Part shown: one piece after another, positions 48,153-61,156 of the stretch | How positions within the stretch are numbered: the stretch's first letter is position 1 | Layout of the letters: each line of letters begins with the position of its first letter | Assembly (NCBI GenBank): GCA_965178125.1 | Contig: OZ237744.1 | Span: forward strand, 1,178,001-1,242,000 | DNA length: 64,000 nucleotides | Source of the DNA: Bilabrum cf. latius | Taxonomy: Eukaryota | Direction: 5' to 3' | Program-made: the position numbers and the translations under genes | Notes under the pieces: generated by a model | Seen by the model: the letters and a program-made list of their open reading frames with translations, nothing else | What the model was told of the DNA's origin: nothing | Database searches by the model: none

Positions 48153-48719
48153 GGCCTCTGGCCCAGCGCCAGGGCGAGCACCGCCGCATGCAGAGCACTT
48201 ATTGTCGGATGCATCGTTGTGGAGCGTGCATTTGGGGCATGCCCAGCCTTTGGGTGCCACGGCGCTACTGCTCGCGGTTGAGCCGCTTGCACAGCCTGCA
48301 GACCCTCCAAGCGATACCCCACACATGTGACAGGACGATGCGGATGGGCCATTCGCAAATGTACATATAGGGCAGCACCTAACATCTGGAGCCGGTGCCG
48401 CGACGGGCGGCCGACTAGGCGAGCTTGGAGCATCTGCTTCGCCAGCGTCTGCTCGGTTCCTCACAACGAGCTGGGACATGTGAGTGACGCCAGCCTCGCG
48501 CAAAGACGCTCCTGAATTTGATATATCAATAAGCTCTCTACTATGCTTTACTTCAATCTCCATCCGATCAATACTTGGGCCGCCATGGCCAGCTATCTGG
48601 GCTGCAAGCTCTCCAAGCGTGGATTGTTCAGTCAAACCGGCTGTCTTGAACGTCGTAAATCGAGTGGCAGTATCCCCAGATACCACTTTTAACCTGATCG
48701 CCTTCGGTTTGGCCGCCAT
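47325..48719 (-). CDS. OTU1: OTU1/YOD1-like deubiquitinase with a Ub-like N-terminus, two RanBP2-type zinc fingers, an OTU domain and a C2H2 finger
   Basis: VPANNNCLF, YCRWI..WGGAIEL, GVHYD and C-terminal CMQC..G..AQAH..TGHTNFQE. Fingers CPICTFAN and WACPKCTLHN. Confidence 0.9.
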
Positions 48720-48895
48720 CCCGGTCCGAGGGGCGTTTTCGTCGGCTCAAGAATGGCCAAGCAAGTCTCGATTTGGTTCCGCTCCGCGCAGCATCTGCAA
48801 TGCGCGGCGCCGACTATCGCACTCATCATTCAATGCCCGAAAGCCACGCAAAACGCAACCATTCTAGGTTACGCAACATATCAAAGTTAATTGCA

Positions 48896-50158
48896 ATGCT
48901 TGGTAGAGTTGCAAGGACATGCGCGGGCTCACGATCATGGTCCATTGGATTGAAGCGCTTGACCAGCAATGGGATCCGAAGTATGTCATCTACGTCAGGC
49001 ATTGATATTATCAGCCCTCTGATCGGCTTGAACGAAGACTAGCGAGCTTACCACGAGATGGCTGAGCAGTTTGCAAAGGCTGAGTTTGCGCCTAGAGCCG
49101 CGGAGTGGGACGAGAAGCAAATTTTCCCGGAGGATCAGCTGAAGCAGGCTGCGTCCCTGGGGTTTGGCGGAATGTTCGTCGACCCAGAGTTTGGCGGCTC
49201 GGGACTGAGCCGCATGGATGGAACGATTATCTTCGAAGCCCTTTCCGCTGGCTGTACGTCAACTGCCGCGTACATTACAATCCACAACATGTGCGCGTGG
49301 ATGATCGACTCGTTCGGTAGCACCTATTTGCGAGAGAAGTACCTGCCCGAGCTGTGCTCGATGGACAAGTTCGCCTCGTATTGCCTCACAGAGTCGGGGG
49401 CCGGCTCTGATGCGGCTGGCTTGAGCACGCGGGCGGTGCGTGACGGAGACGAGTACGTGCTGAACGGCTCGAAGATGTTCATCAGCGGCGGCGGGCGGTC
49501 CGACGTGTACGTGGTGATGGCTCGCACTGGCGGGGAAGGGCCCAAGGGCATCTCGACCTTCGTGGTGGACAAGGGGACCCCCGGCCTGTCCTTCGGCAAG
49601 AACGAGACCAAGCTGGGCTGGAACTCGCAGCCCACGGCAGCCGTCATACTGGAGGACGTGCGTGTCCCCGCGAGCCACCTGGTGGGCGAGGAGGGGCAGG
49701 GATTCACCTTCGCCATGAAGGGGCTGGACGGGGGCCGCGTCAGCATAGGGACGTGCTCCATTGGGGCGGCCTACCGCTGCCTGCAGGAGGCGAGGACCTA
49801 CGTAAAGGACAGGGAACAGTTCGGCAAGCCCCTGGCCGCCAACCAGTCCGTCCAGTTCAAGCTAGCCGACATGGCCACCTCGCTGCAGCAGGCCAGGCTC
49901 ATGGTCAGACAGGCCGCGCAGATGCTGGACGCAAAGGACCCAAACGCGCGGGCCATGTGCGCGATGGCCAAGCGCACGGCCACGGACCAGGGGTTCGATA
50001 TCTGCAACGAGGCGCTGCAGCTGCACGGAGGGTACGGCTACCTGCGGGACTACCCGGTGGAGCGGTTCGTGCGGGACTGCCGCGTGCACCAGATCCTCGA
50101 AGGGACCAACGAGGTGATGCGGGTCATCCTCGGGAGGCAGGTGCTGGCGCACGACTGA
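48896..50158 (+). CDS. ACAD8: Isobutyryl-CoA dehydrogenase (acyl-CoA dehydrogenase family), mitochondrial, 420 aa
   Basis: Presequence MLGRVAR.., GLNED*RAY (TAG 49040-49042), [30 protein letters not shown] and [14 protein letters not shown]. Confidence 0.93.
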
Positions 50159-50406
50159 TGAGTTGGTTGGTGGCGGTCGGTGTGCGCTCGCTCCCGGTGC
50201 ACCAAGAGGGGCGGAGCGATTCGCCCCCACTGTGTTTGTGATGTCGGTGGTGGTGCACGGGTCTTGAAAAATGTGAATGCCGGCGGGTACTGTCGTCTTG
50301 GTACCTGCTTATGTACAAATCCACTTTGCACAAGCACAAGCACAGTCACACACGCCTCGATGGGCACCAGCAACGAGCCAGCCCCGAGGCCTGGGTCCCT
50401 GGGTCC

Positions 50407-51336
50407 TCAGTAGTCGAAGTCGCCTGTGGGCGCGGCCACCCCCGCAGGCGGCACGATGGCGTCCCTCACTTCCTTGCTGATCGCCACATCCACAGCGAGG
50501 GCGCCGTCTCGGTTCCGCAGCTCGGTGCTGGCGCCGCGCGACACCAGGCGAGCGCAGAACCCGGCGAAGCCGCATCTGGCCGCGATGTGCAGCGCGGTGT
50601 CGCCCATCTTGTCCTGGTGATCCAGGCTGGCCCCGCGCGTGACGAGCATCTTGAGCGCGCCCGAGTGCCCGTTGGCAGCGGCCATCATGACGGCGGTCGT
50701 GCCCATCTCCGTCTGAGCGTCCATGTCCAGGTCGAGCTCCTCGGCGATGAGCACCTTCACCGCGTTGATGTTTCCAGCTTTGCAGCAGAGGTGCAGCGGG
50801 GTGATACCGCGCGCATCTGTAGCGCTAGCGTCTGCCCCTGCCTCCACCAGAAGCTGAAGTTCAGCTTCGCGGCCGTACGCTGATGCAAAGTGCAGCGGCG
50901 TCCACCCGCCGTCCGCGCGGCTGTCGTAGTCTGCCTGTCGGACGCTCAGGAGATCCCTTACAACATCGCTGTACCCAGACCGACAAGAATGGGCCAACGC
51001 AGTCATTCCAGACCCGTCTTTTGCATCCACACCGACACCAACTTTCATTGCGAGCTTTGGAACGCCACTGCCGTCGTCTCCAGCTCCTGAGGCTGGCCCG
51101 GGGTCTCCCTTGCTCTCGCCATCTTCATCTTTTCGTGTGACGCGAATCTTTCCGTCAATTAAATCTCCTAGCCGCTTCGCATCACCAAGCCTACCGAGCT
51201 CTGAAGGCGAGTACGATGATCCAGGTTCATCAATGGGTACAGACACCCCAGAGTCTTGGCCCTTGCCTCTGGCAGACCGCTTCGTGGTTCTACCGCTTTT
51301 CCTTCCAGATCGACGCCCACTAGTCGTGGATGCCAT
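50407..51336 (-). CDS. Ankyrin-repeat protein (309 aa)
   Basis: GMTALAH, GWTPLHFA, GITPLHLC, GTTAVMMA and GDTALHIA repeats. TGA stop. Confidence 0.9.
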   Translation of the reverse strand: MASTTSGRRSGRKSGRTTKRSARGKGQDSGVSVPIDEPGSSYSPSELGRLGDAKRLGDLIDGKIRVTRKDEDGESKGDPGPASGAGDDGSGVPKLAMKVGVGVDAKDGSGMTALAHSCRSGYSDVVRDLLSVRQADYDSRADGGWTPLHFASAYGREAELQLLVEAGADASATDARGITPLHLCCKAGNINAVKVLIAEELDLDMDAQTEMGTTAVMMAAANGHSGALKMLVTRGASLDHQDKMGDTALHIAARCGFAGFCARLVSRGASTELRNRDGALAVDVAISKEVRDAIVPPAGVAAPTGDFDY

Positions 51337-51478
51337 TGCTGTTTTGTTGAATGGGTGCTATTGGTGTGCGACGCTGGTTCCGTTCGCCGATCGCCAAACG
51401 GCAACCCTTGAGTAGACCTGGTCGCAAATCGGTTCACCGCAGCAAACCCACTAGCAGTATCTTCGTTTCGGATGAAAA

Positions 51479-54400
51479 TCAATCCCAAGAGGACTACGAG
51501 GTTGGTGAAGTCCCCCCATCGGCCCCCAGCATCTGCCTCCATCCAGGCGCGCGCTAAGCGAGCATCTCACTCAGGGCGTGCTCCTCCTCGGGGCTCAGGT
51601 CGCCTAGCTTGGCCGCCGCTGCCTGCAAGCCACGCACAGTCTCCTGGTCCCCGCTTGACGCCGCTACCCGCGCGACCGCATCCATCAGCCCTCCCTCGGG
51701 CCTGCCAGCAAGCAGTCCCAGCCCCTGGCTCAAGTCCCTGGGCTGGGCCCCCCTGTCGACTTCGCATGCCCCGCCCTCCCCTTCCTTCAGGCTCTCCGCA
51801 GATGCATCCTGCCCTGCCCCACCCTCCCCTTCCTTCAGGCTCTCCGCAGATGCATCCTGCCCTGCCCCGCCCTCCCCTTCCTTCAGGCTCTCCGCAGATG
51901 CATCCTGCCCTGCCCCGCCCTCCCCTTCCTTCAGGCTCTCCGCAGATGCATCCTGCCCTGCCCCGCCCTCCCCTTCCTTCAGGCTCTCCGCAGATGCATC
52001 CTGCCCTGCCCCGCCCTCCCCTTCCTTCAGGCTCTCCGCAGATGCATCCTGCCCTGCCCCGCGCTGTCCTGCCGCCCCGTACCCATACCCACCCACAGCT
52101 GCAGCCCCTCGATCTGCAGCATTCCAGACACACTCGCCGCCAGACCAGGCCGACAGGGCCACGCTGAGCTCTTTCTGAAGCGCCGCCCGCATCCTGCGGC
52201 GCGGACTCGCCTCCTCCTCCCCGGCACTGGCAGGCATGCCCAGCTTGTCCGCATTCGATCCTGCCCCGACAGAAACAGGTGTCTTCAGGGGGGCATCGCA
52301 ACTCTAAGATGTCCCATCGGACCGCCTTGGGGACTCTGGGGCAGGCTTGACACTGCCATCAGCTGCCGTTCTAGTGCCTAGTTGCTCACCAGCCAGCCTC
52401 GCCTGCTCCCGCTTGCTCTCCTCTAGCTCACCAGCCAGCCTCGCCTGCTCCCGCTTGCTCTCCTCTAGCTCACCAGCCAGCCTCGCCTGCTCCCGCTTGC
52501 CGCCCTCTGGTGCGATGCTCAGGTCATTTTGCAGCCTCTTAACCTCGGACTCCAGCCCCTTCACCTAAGATCCTAGCCTCTCGCACTCGGCTCGTAACAC
52601 GCCCAGCTCGGCCTCGGCTTTCTCGGCAGCCTAGCCAGCCATCGCGGCTTCCTCCCTCGCCTGCTTCACCTCCTCTTCTCTCTTTGATTCCTCATCTTGC
52701 GCGATCTGTTCGGTCTGTGCAGCGGCACTCTTTGCCTCGCACAGTCCCTGCGCATCGTGTGCTGCTTCATGCAGGCAGTTTCGCGCCTTCTCTATCGCAG
52801 CTAGGACTCCGGCGCTCCCCAACGACTCCCCATCATCCCCAGAATCGAGCGCAAGGGTGCCAAATGCATGCGGCGGCTGGCTCTCGCCACCTTCCTTTCC
52901 ATCTTCCAACGCCTGTCCACTGCTCGTGGCTGCCCGCGCGCGCTCCCAAGCAGCCGAGGACTCCAGCAGCGATTTGCAAGCCTTCCCCAGCTCCCGCTGC
53001 TCCCTGTCTCGACCCGCCCGCAGTCCGACTGTCTCCTCCTGTAGGGTCCGGAGATCCTCGCGCAACACCTCGGCCTCCTCCCGCGCGCGAGTCGCCCTGT
53101 CCTCAGAGGCCCCGGCCATCTCGCGGGACTCTCGCTCCAACGCGGACACCCTCTCCTACAGGGCCGCGCGACCGCGCTCCGCAGCCTCTGCAGTGCGATG
53201 CACCCTATCCAGGTCCTCCTGTAAGCCTCCGGCACGCTGCCTGGCCTCGGCCAGCTGTCCCTGGAGCACGCCCTGCTCTCGCCCGGCCGCCTCCAGCTGC
53301 CTCCGCAGACGCCCCGACTCGTCCTCCCTCTCCGCCGCCCGCCGCCCCTCCTCCTGCTGCTGTGCCTGCCACCTCCTCTCGCTCGCCCGCAGCGCCTCCT
53401 CCCGATCTGTGAACTCCTTCTCCCTGCGCACCACCTCTTGTTCCCTGGCACGGAGCCCCTCCTCCTGCTCCTGAAGATCCCCCGCCCGGCGCCTGTCCTC
53501 CGCCAGCGATGCCTCACGCTGCGCCCTGCGACGAGCCGCCTCCTCCTCCCACCGCCCAGACCGGGCCCGCAGCCGAGCGGCCTCCTCCTACACCCTCTGG
53601 CACAGGGCCCTCGCCTGCGCCTCTTGTTCCCTGGCCCTGTTCTCCGCCTCGCGCGCTCTCCCCTGCGCCTCCGCAGCCCGCGATGTGCCTGCCTGGCACC
53701 CCCTCACTGCCTCCTCCACCTGCCCCTGCAGCGCGGCAAGCGAGTCCTCCACGCCTGATAGCCGAGCGTCCGACCTCTCCGTCGCGGCTTCCAGCGCCCG
53801 TCGGGCCCTCTCCCCCGCCTGCTCGGCTTCCCCCACGGCACCGGCTGCGGCCCGACGCACCTCCTCCACCCTCTCCCCCGCCTGCTGCTCCATCGCTGCC
53901 AGATCGGACCGCGCCCGCCGCAGCGCCTCAGCGACGGCCTCCTCCCTGAGTGGTCGTAGCGCCTGCTGCACGGCCCCCTGGACGTCCTCGGGCGATGCAG
54001 CCGACTAGAGCACCTGCTGCGCCGCCGCGAGCGCCTCGGCTGCCTCTCGCCGGTCCCGGCGGAGATCCTCCAGCTCCGCGCGAGCCGCTTCGTCACGGCG
54101 ACGCTCCTCCCCTGCGTTATGTTCTGCGTCTAGTAGTCCTATGGTTCTATCCACCGCGCGCACCCTGTCTTCCAGCGCGGTGGCGAGCAGCTCGACCGAC
54201 CGCATGCGCCGGTCCAACTCGGCGGATCCAACCCTTGCAGGGGGCATACCGACGGCAATAGCGCTGCTACTGTGGTAACTCGAAGCATATTTGGCCTAAG
54301 ATTCCTGTTCGCGCATCCCCTTGTCCAGGGGTGAGGCCACCAGAGCTTGAATGTGCTGCGCAGCTCGAGAGCTGCCATGCGAGCCAGGCCTGCTCTCAAT

Positions 54401-54586
54401 GGTGGTCTGGCTGTGAGACTTGAGGATAGACTAACTCGATGGCTTCCCGTGGTCGTCGTCTTGGGTAGGCAACGTAGGCGGCACGATTGCGTATCTGGCC
54501 TCCAAACCTATCCTATCCCTTGTCGCAAAGCTGCCTCCGTGCGACCTCGATGCTAAGTCATCACAATCTTCATCCAGTGCGCGCAT
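51479..54586 (-). CDS. Long coiled-coil hypothetical protein (about 1035 aa with TAG=Gln)
   Basis: Six E/R/A-rich ORF fragments share one frame and are separated only by TAG (about 10 in total). ATG 54586, TGA 51479-51481. Confidence 0.75.
51769..52060 (-). repeat. 48-bp coding repeat, 6 copies (GAGQDASAESLKEGEG)
   Basis: Near-perfect tandem copies. A separate 42-bp repeat of about 2.7 copies (KREQARLAGELEES) lies at about 52385-52500. Confidence 0.95.
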
Positions 54587-54790
54587 TGCATGTCCAATTA
54601 TACTATTAATGTCGCGCTAAAATTGCCTGCTTCGCCTCATGTTTGCTCCTATTTGGTGGGTCGCTTGCAACGGTCCTGTACCGCTATTTATATCTTCTTC
54701 TTGAACACTTGGTTGCAACCGTGCGCCGCCCGCGACACCACATTGTGCCGCAAGAGCTGCCCCAGTTCCGCCAATACCGCCTATTGGCGC

Positions 54791-57700
54791 ATGTGGCGGG
54801 CTTTATTTGTATGTCTGCTAGCGACGGTCGCGGTGTCAGAGTCGAACCGTGACAGCTTTTTCTCGGATCCGGACCCTTCGTCTGCGTTGGCAGCTCTGAA
54901 GGGCATATTTAGGTCCTTCGAAAGGGCAGTTGGTTCCGGCCAGGTAGCATTGCGCAGTATGATGGATACAGATCCAAGCACTGTTACGCAACTAGAAGAG
55001 ACGCTGCCCTTGTTCGCGCCTCCGGCGCTCGTAGCTGGTTGCACGCAAAGCACTGCCGAGCAGCCAGACGGGGGGTCGATGCATCCGTGCGTCGCCAGGA
55101 TGCAGCCGCATGATTCAGCTCTGATGGTTCGGCACGTGTATCGTGTCCTTTTTCGCGTCGTCGAAGTTGTTCCGCCGGGTTCTCCGGGGCTGGAAGCAGC
55201 GTCCATACAGCCTGCTCTTCGGCAGGCCATGGACGCCTTGGAGCAATACGGTTTCTTTGCACAGGCAGAGTTTGATCGGTAAGAGTACTCAACTCAGCTG
55301 CGTCTTGTATCGTGTTGCGCCTTGTCCCCTGGTTTTAGTTTGCCCCTCGCGCACTTGCACGCCGAGCACCATGTGGCACTTCTGACCAGCGCTTACCCCG
55401 GCTTCGCAGCGTGGGAATCGACGAAGACCCCGAGCTTGCCGCCGCTCTATTTGGAGCAAGCCATCCCATCTCGGCGCTCTCGGGCACCTCGGTGCAGGGC
55501 GAGCAGGAGCAGCGGCACGTCCTCCCGACGCTCGCCTAGTCCCGGGTCAACGTGGGCGAGCTGGCCGGACTGCTACGGGAGAGCAGGCACGCTCTCCTCT
55601 CTTTGACCTCGTTCGGTGACGGGGGCGTGGGCGACGAGGAGGACCAGGATGAGGAGGAGGCGCGCATCGAGGCGGCGCTCAACGGTGGCCAGGCCTGGAG
55701 GTGGGACAGGGATCCGGAGCAAGAATAGGGCTCGGGCCGACCCCAGGGTGGGGGCGCTGGCACCGCGGGTAGCAGGTCTGGCCCTGGCCTGGACACCGCC
55801 TCGCTTTCCCGCTCCGAGGAGCCGTGGCGCGGGGTGACTGGCGTGGTGCCGATCCTGGTGCTGGACGGCGCGCTGTTCCCCGCGCTGGACCTGCACGACC
55901 GCCTGGGGAACAAGGGAGACCACTCGGCGTACTCGGCCTCCGGGCAGCGGGGGGCATCGGGTGCCTCCGCCGAGGCGGCCGTGGTCTGGGTGCCTCCTGC
56001 AGAGGACGCGAGGGCAGACGGGTCGCTGCCCAGGAGGAGGACTGGCTTCACGGCGCATGCGAGGCCGCACGCCGATGCGGCCGTCGGAGGGGCGGGTGAC
56101 CCTCCCGGTGCATCGGACGCAGAGGCGGGGGAACAGGAGGAGGGCGGGCCCACTCTGGACGAGACGGACGCGGGCAAGTACCCGGAGGCGATCGGGCACG
56201 CGGCTGCGAGGCCAGTCGTGGTGCTGCGGGCCCCTGTGCCCCGACCCATGGGCTCCATGGGCGGAGGTGCGGCCTTCGGGGCCTCGGGGGGCGCGGGGGG
56301 CTCCTCCTCCGGCAGAGGTCCAGTCCCTGAGGTGAGCACTCCGGCGGCGAGGGCGGCTGTGGCAGATGCCCTCATGGGGTTGCACCTGCTGCCCGCCTCC
56401 GCGGCGGCAGAGGTGCGCAGGGGCAGCTTCCGCGTGCTCCCGGGGAGCCAGCCTATCGACGTGCCGCTGAGAGACCCCGCAGTGGTGGGCGGGGGCCGCG
56501 GCGGGCCCAAGTCAGGCATGCCGGCCAAGCGGCTCACCATCTCTGCCGTGCAGGCCGACCAGCTGCAGTCCAGGCGGCCGGGGCTCGTGGTGGCCGCTGC
56601 CGCCGCAGCCGTGCTGGAGGCCGCCAGGGAACAACTGGCCGCCGCCAAGGTCACCCCTGGCAACGCCCACGTCCTGCGGGACCTGCAAGGCATCCGTCGG
56701 TCCGTGTACAAGCAGTGCCGGCGGGCGGGCACTATGCTGGAGCTGGCCGCCAGCCCGCGGTCCAGCCTCGCCATGGTGGATGACGTGCACGCCGCCGTGG
56801 CGAAGAAGGATCGGATCAAGCTGTCGGGGGCGGTGGCCAAGCTGCACCACATGGCCCGCCGGCTGCGGGAGCGGTCCATGGGTTGCTTGAACGAGAGCCT
56901 GACGCTGGGCCGCATGCTGGAGGCCGCCTCGCAGCGGTGTGTGCGCTTCCAGGGCTCCTCCACTGGGATCAGCACAGCGGGCTGGTTCGCGGGGAAGGAG
57001 TGGGGGCCCCCTGCATGGGTGCCCTGGTTAGTGTGCCTCGGGGCGGCGGGGGTGGGGGTGCTGGGCCGCATGCTAGGGGAGGTGTCCTCCGGGGCGAGGG
57101 GGAGGGTGCGGGCGGCGGTGGAGCAGGCTGGCGGGGCGGGGGGGAGTACGGCCAGGGAACCGCAGGCGCTGCGTGCCATCGGCGACTGGGGCATTTTGCT
57201 GGGCATGGGGCGCGCGGGCAGCTGGGCCGAGGTGGCGCTGTCTGGGGGAGGCAGGGGCGGGGCGCGCCGCAGGGTCGGCAGCGGGCGCGGTGGAGGCGGG
57301 GGTGGCATCGGCAGCGCTGCTGGTCTGGACCAGATCCCCACGCTGACCGGGCTGGCCACTGGGCTCGTGAGCAGTGCCGTGTAGCACGCGCGGGGACAAG
57401 GGGGTAGAGGCGGGGGCGGGAGTGGCAGCGGGGTGCCGGGGATGGGGCTGCGGGGGGCGCTGCGGCAGGCCAACGGGGACCAGCCCGAGGGCGAGGTGAG
57501 GCGGCGGGGAGGGGGAGGAGGAGGAGGCGCCGGCGGGTTCGGCGCGGGCGGGATGCAGTACCAGGGTGCTGCAGCAAGCGGGTCATCTGCCGGCGGATTT
57601 GGATTCCGTTCGCCGGCAGTCTCTGGATCGAGTGGGGGGGCGCCTCGGTTCGGAACCACGCCAGTGTCGCAACGAAAGGCACGGGGCGGCAGCAGGGGTG

Positions 57701-57810
57701 GGGGCTCCTGGCTTGGCAGTGTATTTGGCGGCGGGTCCAAAGGCAGTGCAACGCAGCGGTCGTTTGGGACCGGTCCTGCAGCAGGGTCTTTACGCGACTC
57801 TGCAGTATGA
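54791..57810 (+). CDS. Hypothetical type-I membrane or secreted protein (about 962 aa)
   Basis: Signal peptide MWRALFVCLLATVAVS. Exons 54791-55278 and 55410-57810, intron GTAAGA..CGCAG. Three TAGs. Hydrophobic WVPWLVCLGAAGVGVLG before a Gly-rich tail. Confidence 0.65.
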
Positions 57811-57953
57811 GAAAATGAGTAGTCGTCTCTGCAACGACCCTTTATCGGTCTTTGTTTGAGCATCGGTGGATTTGGCCATTGCTGTCACGACTTCTTCAAT
57901 GTAGTATGAAGCCTCTGTTCAAGCCTTGCAATCAAGCAAAATAAACAGCGCGA

Positions 57954-59591
57954 TCAGATCTGCGACTTTGCCCCTGGCACGCGGAGCACCTCGGCGTCAA
58001 TGCGCTGGTTGTCCCGGTTGAAGAACTGCCAGTGCAGCCTTCCCGCCAAAACGTGTTTGTGCAGCTGCCACTTGTCCTCAAGGCCGTACGGGTAGCAGGG
58101 CAGGCCGAGGGCCTCGCCCATGCTCTGCCGCACGCTCTCAGCGTACCGGGCCGCGCTCTTGGTCTCCTGCTTGCCCGGGTGCACCGCGGGCATCCACTCT
58201 AAAGAGGCTGAGTGCGACAGCTGCGTGAGCACCCTGTGCATGTACGCCCAGAAGGGCACTGTCTCCCAGGAGGGCGAGTGCGTGTGCCAGTGGAACTTGA
58301 TGAGCAGCGGCTGCACCGGCACTCCCGCCCGGAAGGCGCCAGTGCGGAACCGCAACAGCCCCGTCCCATTGGTCGTTGTTCCCTCGGGGAACACAAGCAG
58401 CGGGGCCCGGTCCTTGTCGCTGCCCCCCGCGGCCCTGCCTCTCTCCAGCTTCCTGAGCCTCCTCACGATCACCTGGGTGGCGCCCCCCCCTCCCGCCGCC
58501 GACTGCTGCGAGGCGCTATGCACCAGGCTCCCGCTCCCGCTGCCGACGCTCGCCCCGCGCCTGTGGTTGCCCTTGGACAGCATCGACTGGCTGTCGCTGC
58601 GCTGAGCCGCGAACGCCTCGGTGGCCTGCTCGGGAGAGAGCTCCGCAGCAGCCTAGGCGGAGGGCGGGGGCAGCGAGGGAGGCGCTGCAGGCGCTGGCGG
58701 CAGTGCCTGGCCCTCGCCCTGGCCCTGGCCATGGCCCTCTTTCTTGTTGGTCTTGCCCGGCCCCTGCTTCCCGTGTGCGATAGTGGCAGTCGTCTTGTCT
58801 GCCTTGGGAGACAGCAGCCCGAGCCTCTCCTGACCCCCCTCCTCCTCCTGACCTTCCTCGCTCTCGTCCTCGTCCTCGTCCTTGTCCCCCCGGGTCTGTC
58901 CATCCGACGCGACTCCCCGCACAGGAGGACCACCGTCTCCGCTGCCACTGCCGCTCCCATCGCTGCTCATCCCCAGCAGTCGCGGGGTCGCCGACGGGCT
59001 CTCGAAATGCTCCGCGTCCACGGCGGCGTGCGGGAAAATGCCTCTTGTTCCCTGCAGCAGTCCCTGGCTCGCCTCGATCAGCTCCGCAAACGTCACGGCC
59101 TCCCCGCACGCGCCCCCGTCCCGCCTGTGCTCCCCGCCCGCGCCTGCCAGGGGAGGCACGGACATCGACCGAGAGCCCCCCCTCCTGCGCCGCCTCAGCC
59201 TCTTGCCGCCCTCCCCCGGCCCGCTCTCGTCCTGGCCCTCGCTCCCACGTGCCACCCCCGCGCCATAGTCCTCCCCATCCCCACTCATGTCTGACCCGCC
59301 TCTACCGCGGCTGTGGCTGCTGCCTGTGGATAGTCGCCTCCTCCCCCTCGAAGTGGAGGAGACGGACGCCGACCGGCTACTGCGCGGGGGGGGCACTGCC
59401 TGGGCCACTAGTCCGCTGCCGCTGCTTCCGCGGCCACTTCTTCCCTTTGCACCCCCCTCATTGCTCGCACGTGCACCTGCACCGCGCCCCTTCCCTGCCT
59501 CAGTGTGTCCTTGCACATCAGCGGCACCGGCCTTGGGCCCGTGCTTGCTGGGCTAACCATCTGGGCTGCTACTCTACTTGGCTCCACCCTG

Positions 59592-59676
<85 letters not shown>

Positions 59677-60924
59677 CTCTACTTCTGGCTCTAGCCGTGG
59701 CCCTCTGCTCTGGTGCTGGGGTGCAGCTTCTCTTGCTCCTTTGAGTCGTGCGGTGCCTTGAGCGCGCCTCGTCTGGGGACGAAGACGCAATCCAGGTGAG
59801 CAGCGATGGGCCCCACCACGGGGACGCGCTTCATGTCCCCTTTTGCCACGAAAGAGGGGCAGGCCTAGCTCATGGCCAGGAGCACGTCCAGGAAGGCCAT
59901 GTGATTCGCGACGATGAGCGGTGCCCGGTCCTGCGGGGATCCACACAAGGCAAGCATATACAACCTAGGATAGGCGGTGTAAGGGGCATTAAACGCGCAA
60001 ATAGCAACGAAATAATCCATTAATAAGATCAAGTGGCCACATAGCAGTGAGCGGGACGTGGACATGATGTGCACGGCGAATCGAACGAGCATGCCGGGAC
60101 CGAGCGGTGCTACGTGGCTGGCCAGTCAGCGCTCTTTTGGACGCTAAGCAACTTGCGTCGCCCGTTGATGCATCACCAATGCGCGTCGTACAATTGCACT
60201 TTGCATGCATTTGCAATGGCAACAATACAGACACAGATGTGGCCATCCAGAGCTACGCAGGCACTGGCTGTGCGCGCGATATTGCGGCGAAATGCGATCG
60301 AGCATGATCGGCCGCTGTTCTGGTTGCGCTTGACCCCTATCACGCCCGCAATCGTAAGCCCAAGCAAGCTCAATGCATTTAATGTACTCACATCTCTAGT
60401 TCCCTTAACAGATATCCAGTAGAATCCCATCACGAAGAGCGCAAACCGCGCCAGAATCATGCCAGCCCACCGCCGTATCGTGTACCCGCATCCAGGCGAA
60501 TCCGCAGTACCTCTGCAGCACCTGGTGCTGATTGCCACCAAGTAGTACAGCAAAAATACCAAAGAAACAACGATGACGCGAACGGGGAGGAGAGTCAACG
60601 ACATGATGACAACCTGCGAGCAAACACAGGCACACCCAGGCAGGTCCGTTGATTCCCCCCGTTTATATTGACACTTTAGAGTAAACATTCCACAAGTCAG
60701 TCGCATAAACATACCTTTATCATTTCTGCCGTCGTCATTCGCGGACTAGGGTGCCAGAAAAGTGAGTACCTTGGGGGCACTCTAGTTCTGGCAAATTGGA
60801 GGTACTTTGCTGCCCCCGGTGGGATTCCATCCCAGTCACGAGCCATCAACTTGGATGAAATGTGCTCCATCGGGTCGTTCGGCTCCCTCCATTTCTACGC
60901 GTGGGTCGCGCTCATCTAGCTCAT
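57954..60924 (-). CDS. Lysophospholipid acyltransferase, LPCAT/LPEAT-like (about 800 aa)
   Basis: Exons about 60924-60715, 60613-60392 and 59930-57954. [35 protein letters not shown] and [24 protein letters not shown]. About 8 TAGs. Start uncertain. Confidence 0.85.
59589..59693 (-). repeat. (AGCCAG)n microsatellite encoding (SQ)n, with TAG variants
   Basis: Minus strand reads ..GGC TAG AGC CAG AAG TAG AGC CAG AGC CAG.. Confidence 0.9.
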
Positions 60925-61156
60925 GCCAACCCTGTCAACGTGCAGCAACTCCGTGCTGTGCGGAACCAGCAGACCGCAAGTGCGCGGCGCCAGCCCTTGA
61001 TGAAACCGAAACCTAGCTGGACCCAAACCTGGTGCAGCCAGTCCATCGTTTTCTGTGTGGTATAACCTAGTTGGGATTGTTATATATCTGCGATGTGGGA
61101 CCCCACCGCTCACTAAAAGACCTGGTGGAAAAAGTTTGGCGCAGTTGCAGTAAATT

